A stretch of DNA of 64,000 bases from assembly GCA_013265495.1 (NCBI GenBank), contig MU058290.1, positions 372,001-436,000 on the forward strand. The letters run 5' to 3'. Under the pieces are notes generated by a model. The model made no database searches. It saw nothing but the letters and a program-made list of their open reading frames with translations, and was not told the origin of the DNA. The stretch comes from Vicugna vicugna. Its lineage: Eukaryota. Positions 63,849 to 64,000 of the stretch are shown in pieces. Each line of letters starts with the position of its first letter. Positions within the stretch are counted from its first letter, which is position 1. The position numbers and the translations under genes were made by a program.

Positions 63849-64000
63849 AGGGGCTGGGACATTGTGGCCAACCACCATTTGTAACAGCATTCAGATAAGC
63901 CAATTTGTTTCTAGTTTCAAACAACCACTTAAACCTTTTTTTCCCATTTAAATTTTTAAACAACTTAAATATTGATTTTGTCTGGTGGGTGTTGGGTGCC

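Noticed and set aside
1..64000. CRISPR arrays, operons or prokaryotic defence systems
   Set aside because: The sequence is mammalian, with no regularly spaced repeat-spacer structure or prokaryotic gene organisation.

Overview
Mammalian, AT-rich genomic DNA containing part of a class II olfactory receptor (OR) family-11 cluster. A camelid source is inferred from a tRNA-derived SINE family and the L1 3' ends. Six intact OR coding regions are present: an OR11 gene on + (791-1735), and on - an OR11H7 orthologue, an OR11H6 orthologue, an OR11H5-like gene and two OR11G2-like paralogues. A decayed + strand OR11 pseudogene (~50.2-51.3 kb) is split by a solo LTR. The order matches my recollection of the human 14q11.2 OR11G/OR11H cluster, read in reverse. 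The two OR11G genes lie in an old, diverged ~7 kb duplication (38.7-46.0 kb vs 56.7-63.0 kb). It contains sharply bounded 100%-identical tracts over part of the coding region, a probable 5' non-coding exon and a probable promoter, which looks like gene conversion. The rest is mostly L1 (including a young 5'-truncated copy with a 629-aa open ORF2 segment and a three-level nest), SINEs, LTRs, L2/MIR and DNA-transposon fossils, plus one 141-N gap. I see no evidence of a new class of biological system. The most interesting signals are the conversion-like tracts, the missing canonical start codon in OR11H6, and possible parallel L1 insertions behind both OR11G genes. Identities were judged by eye and gene names rest on recalled human sequences.
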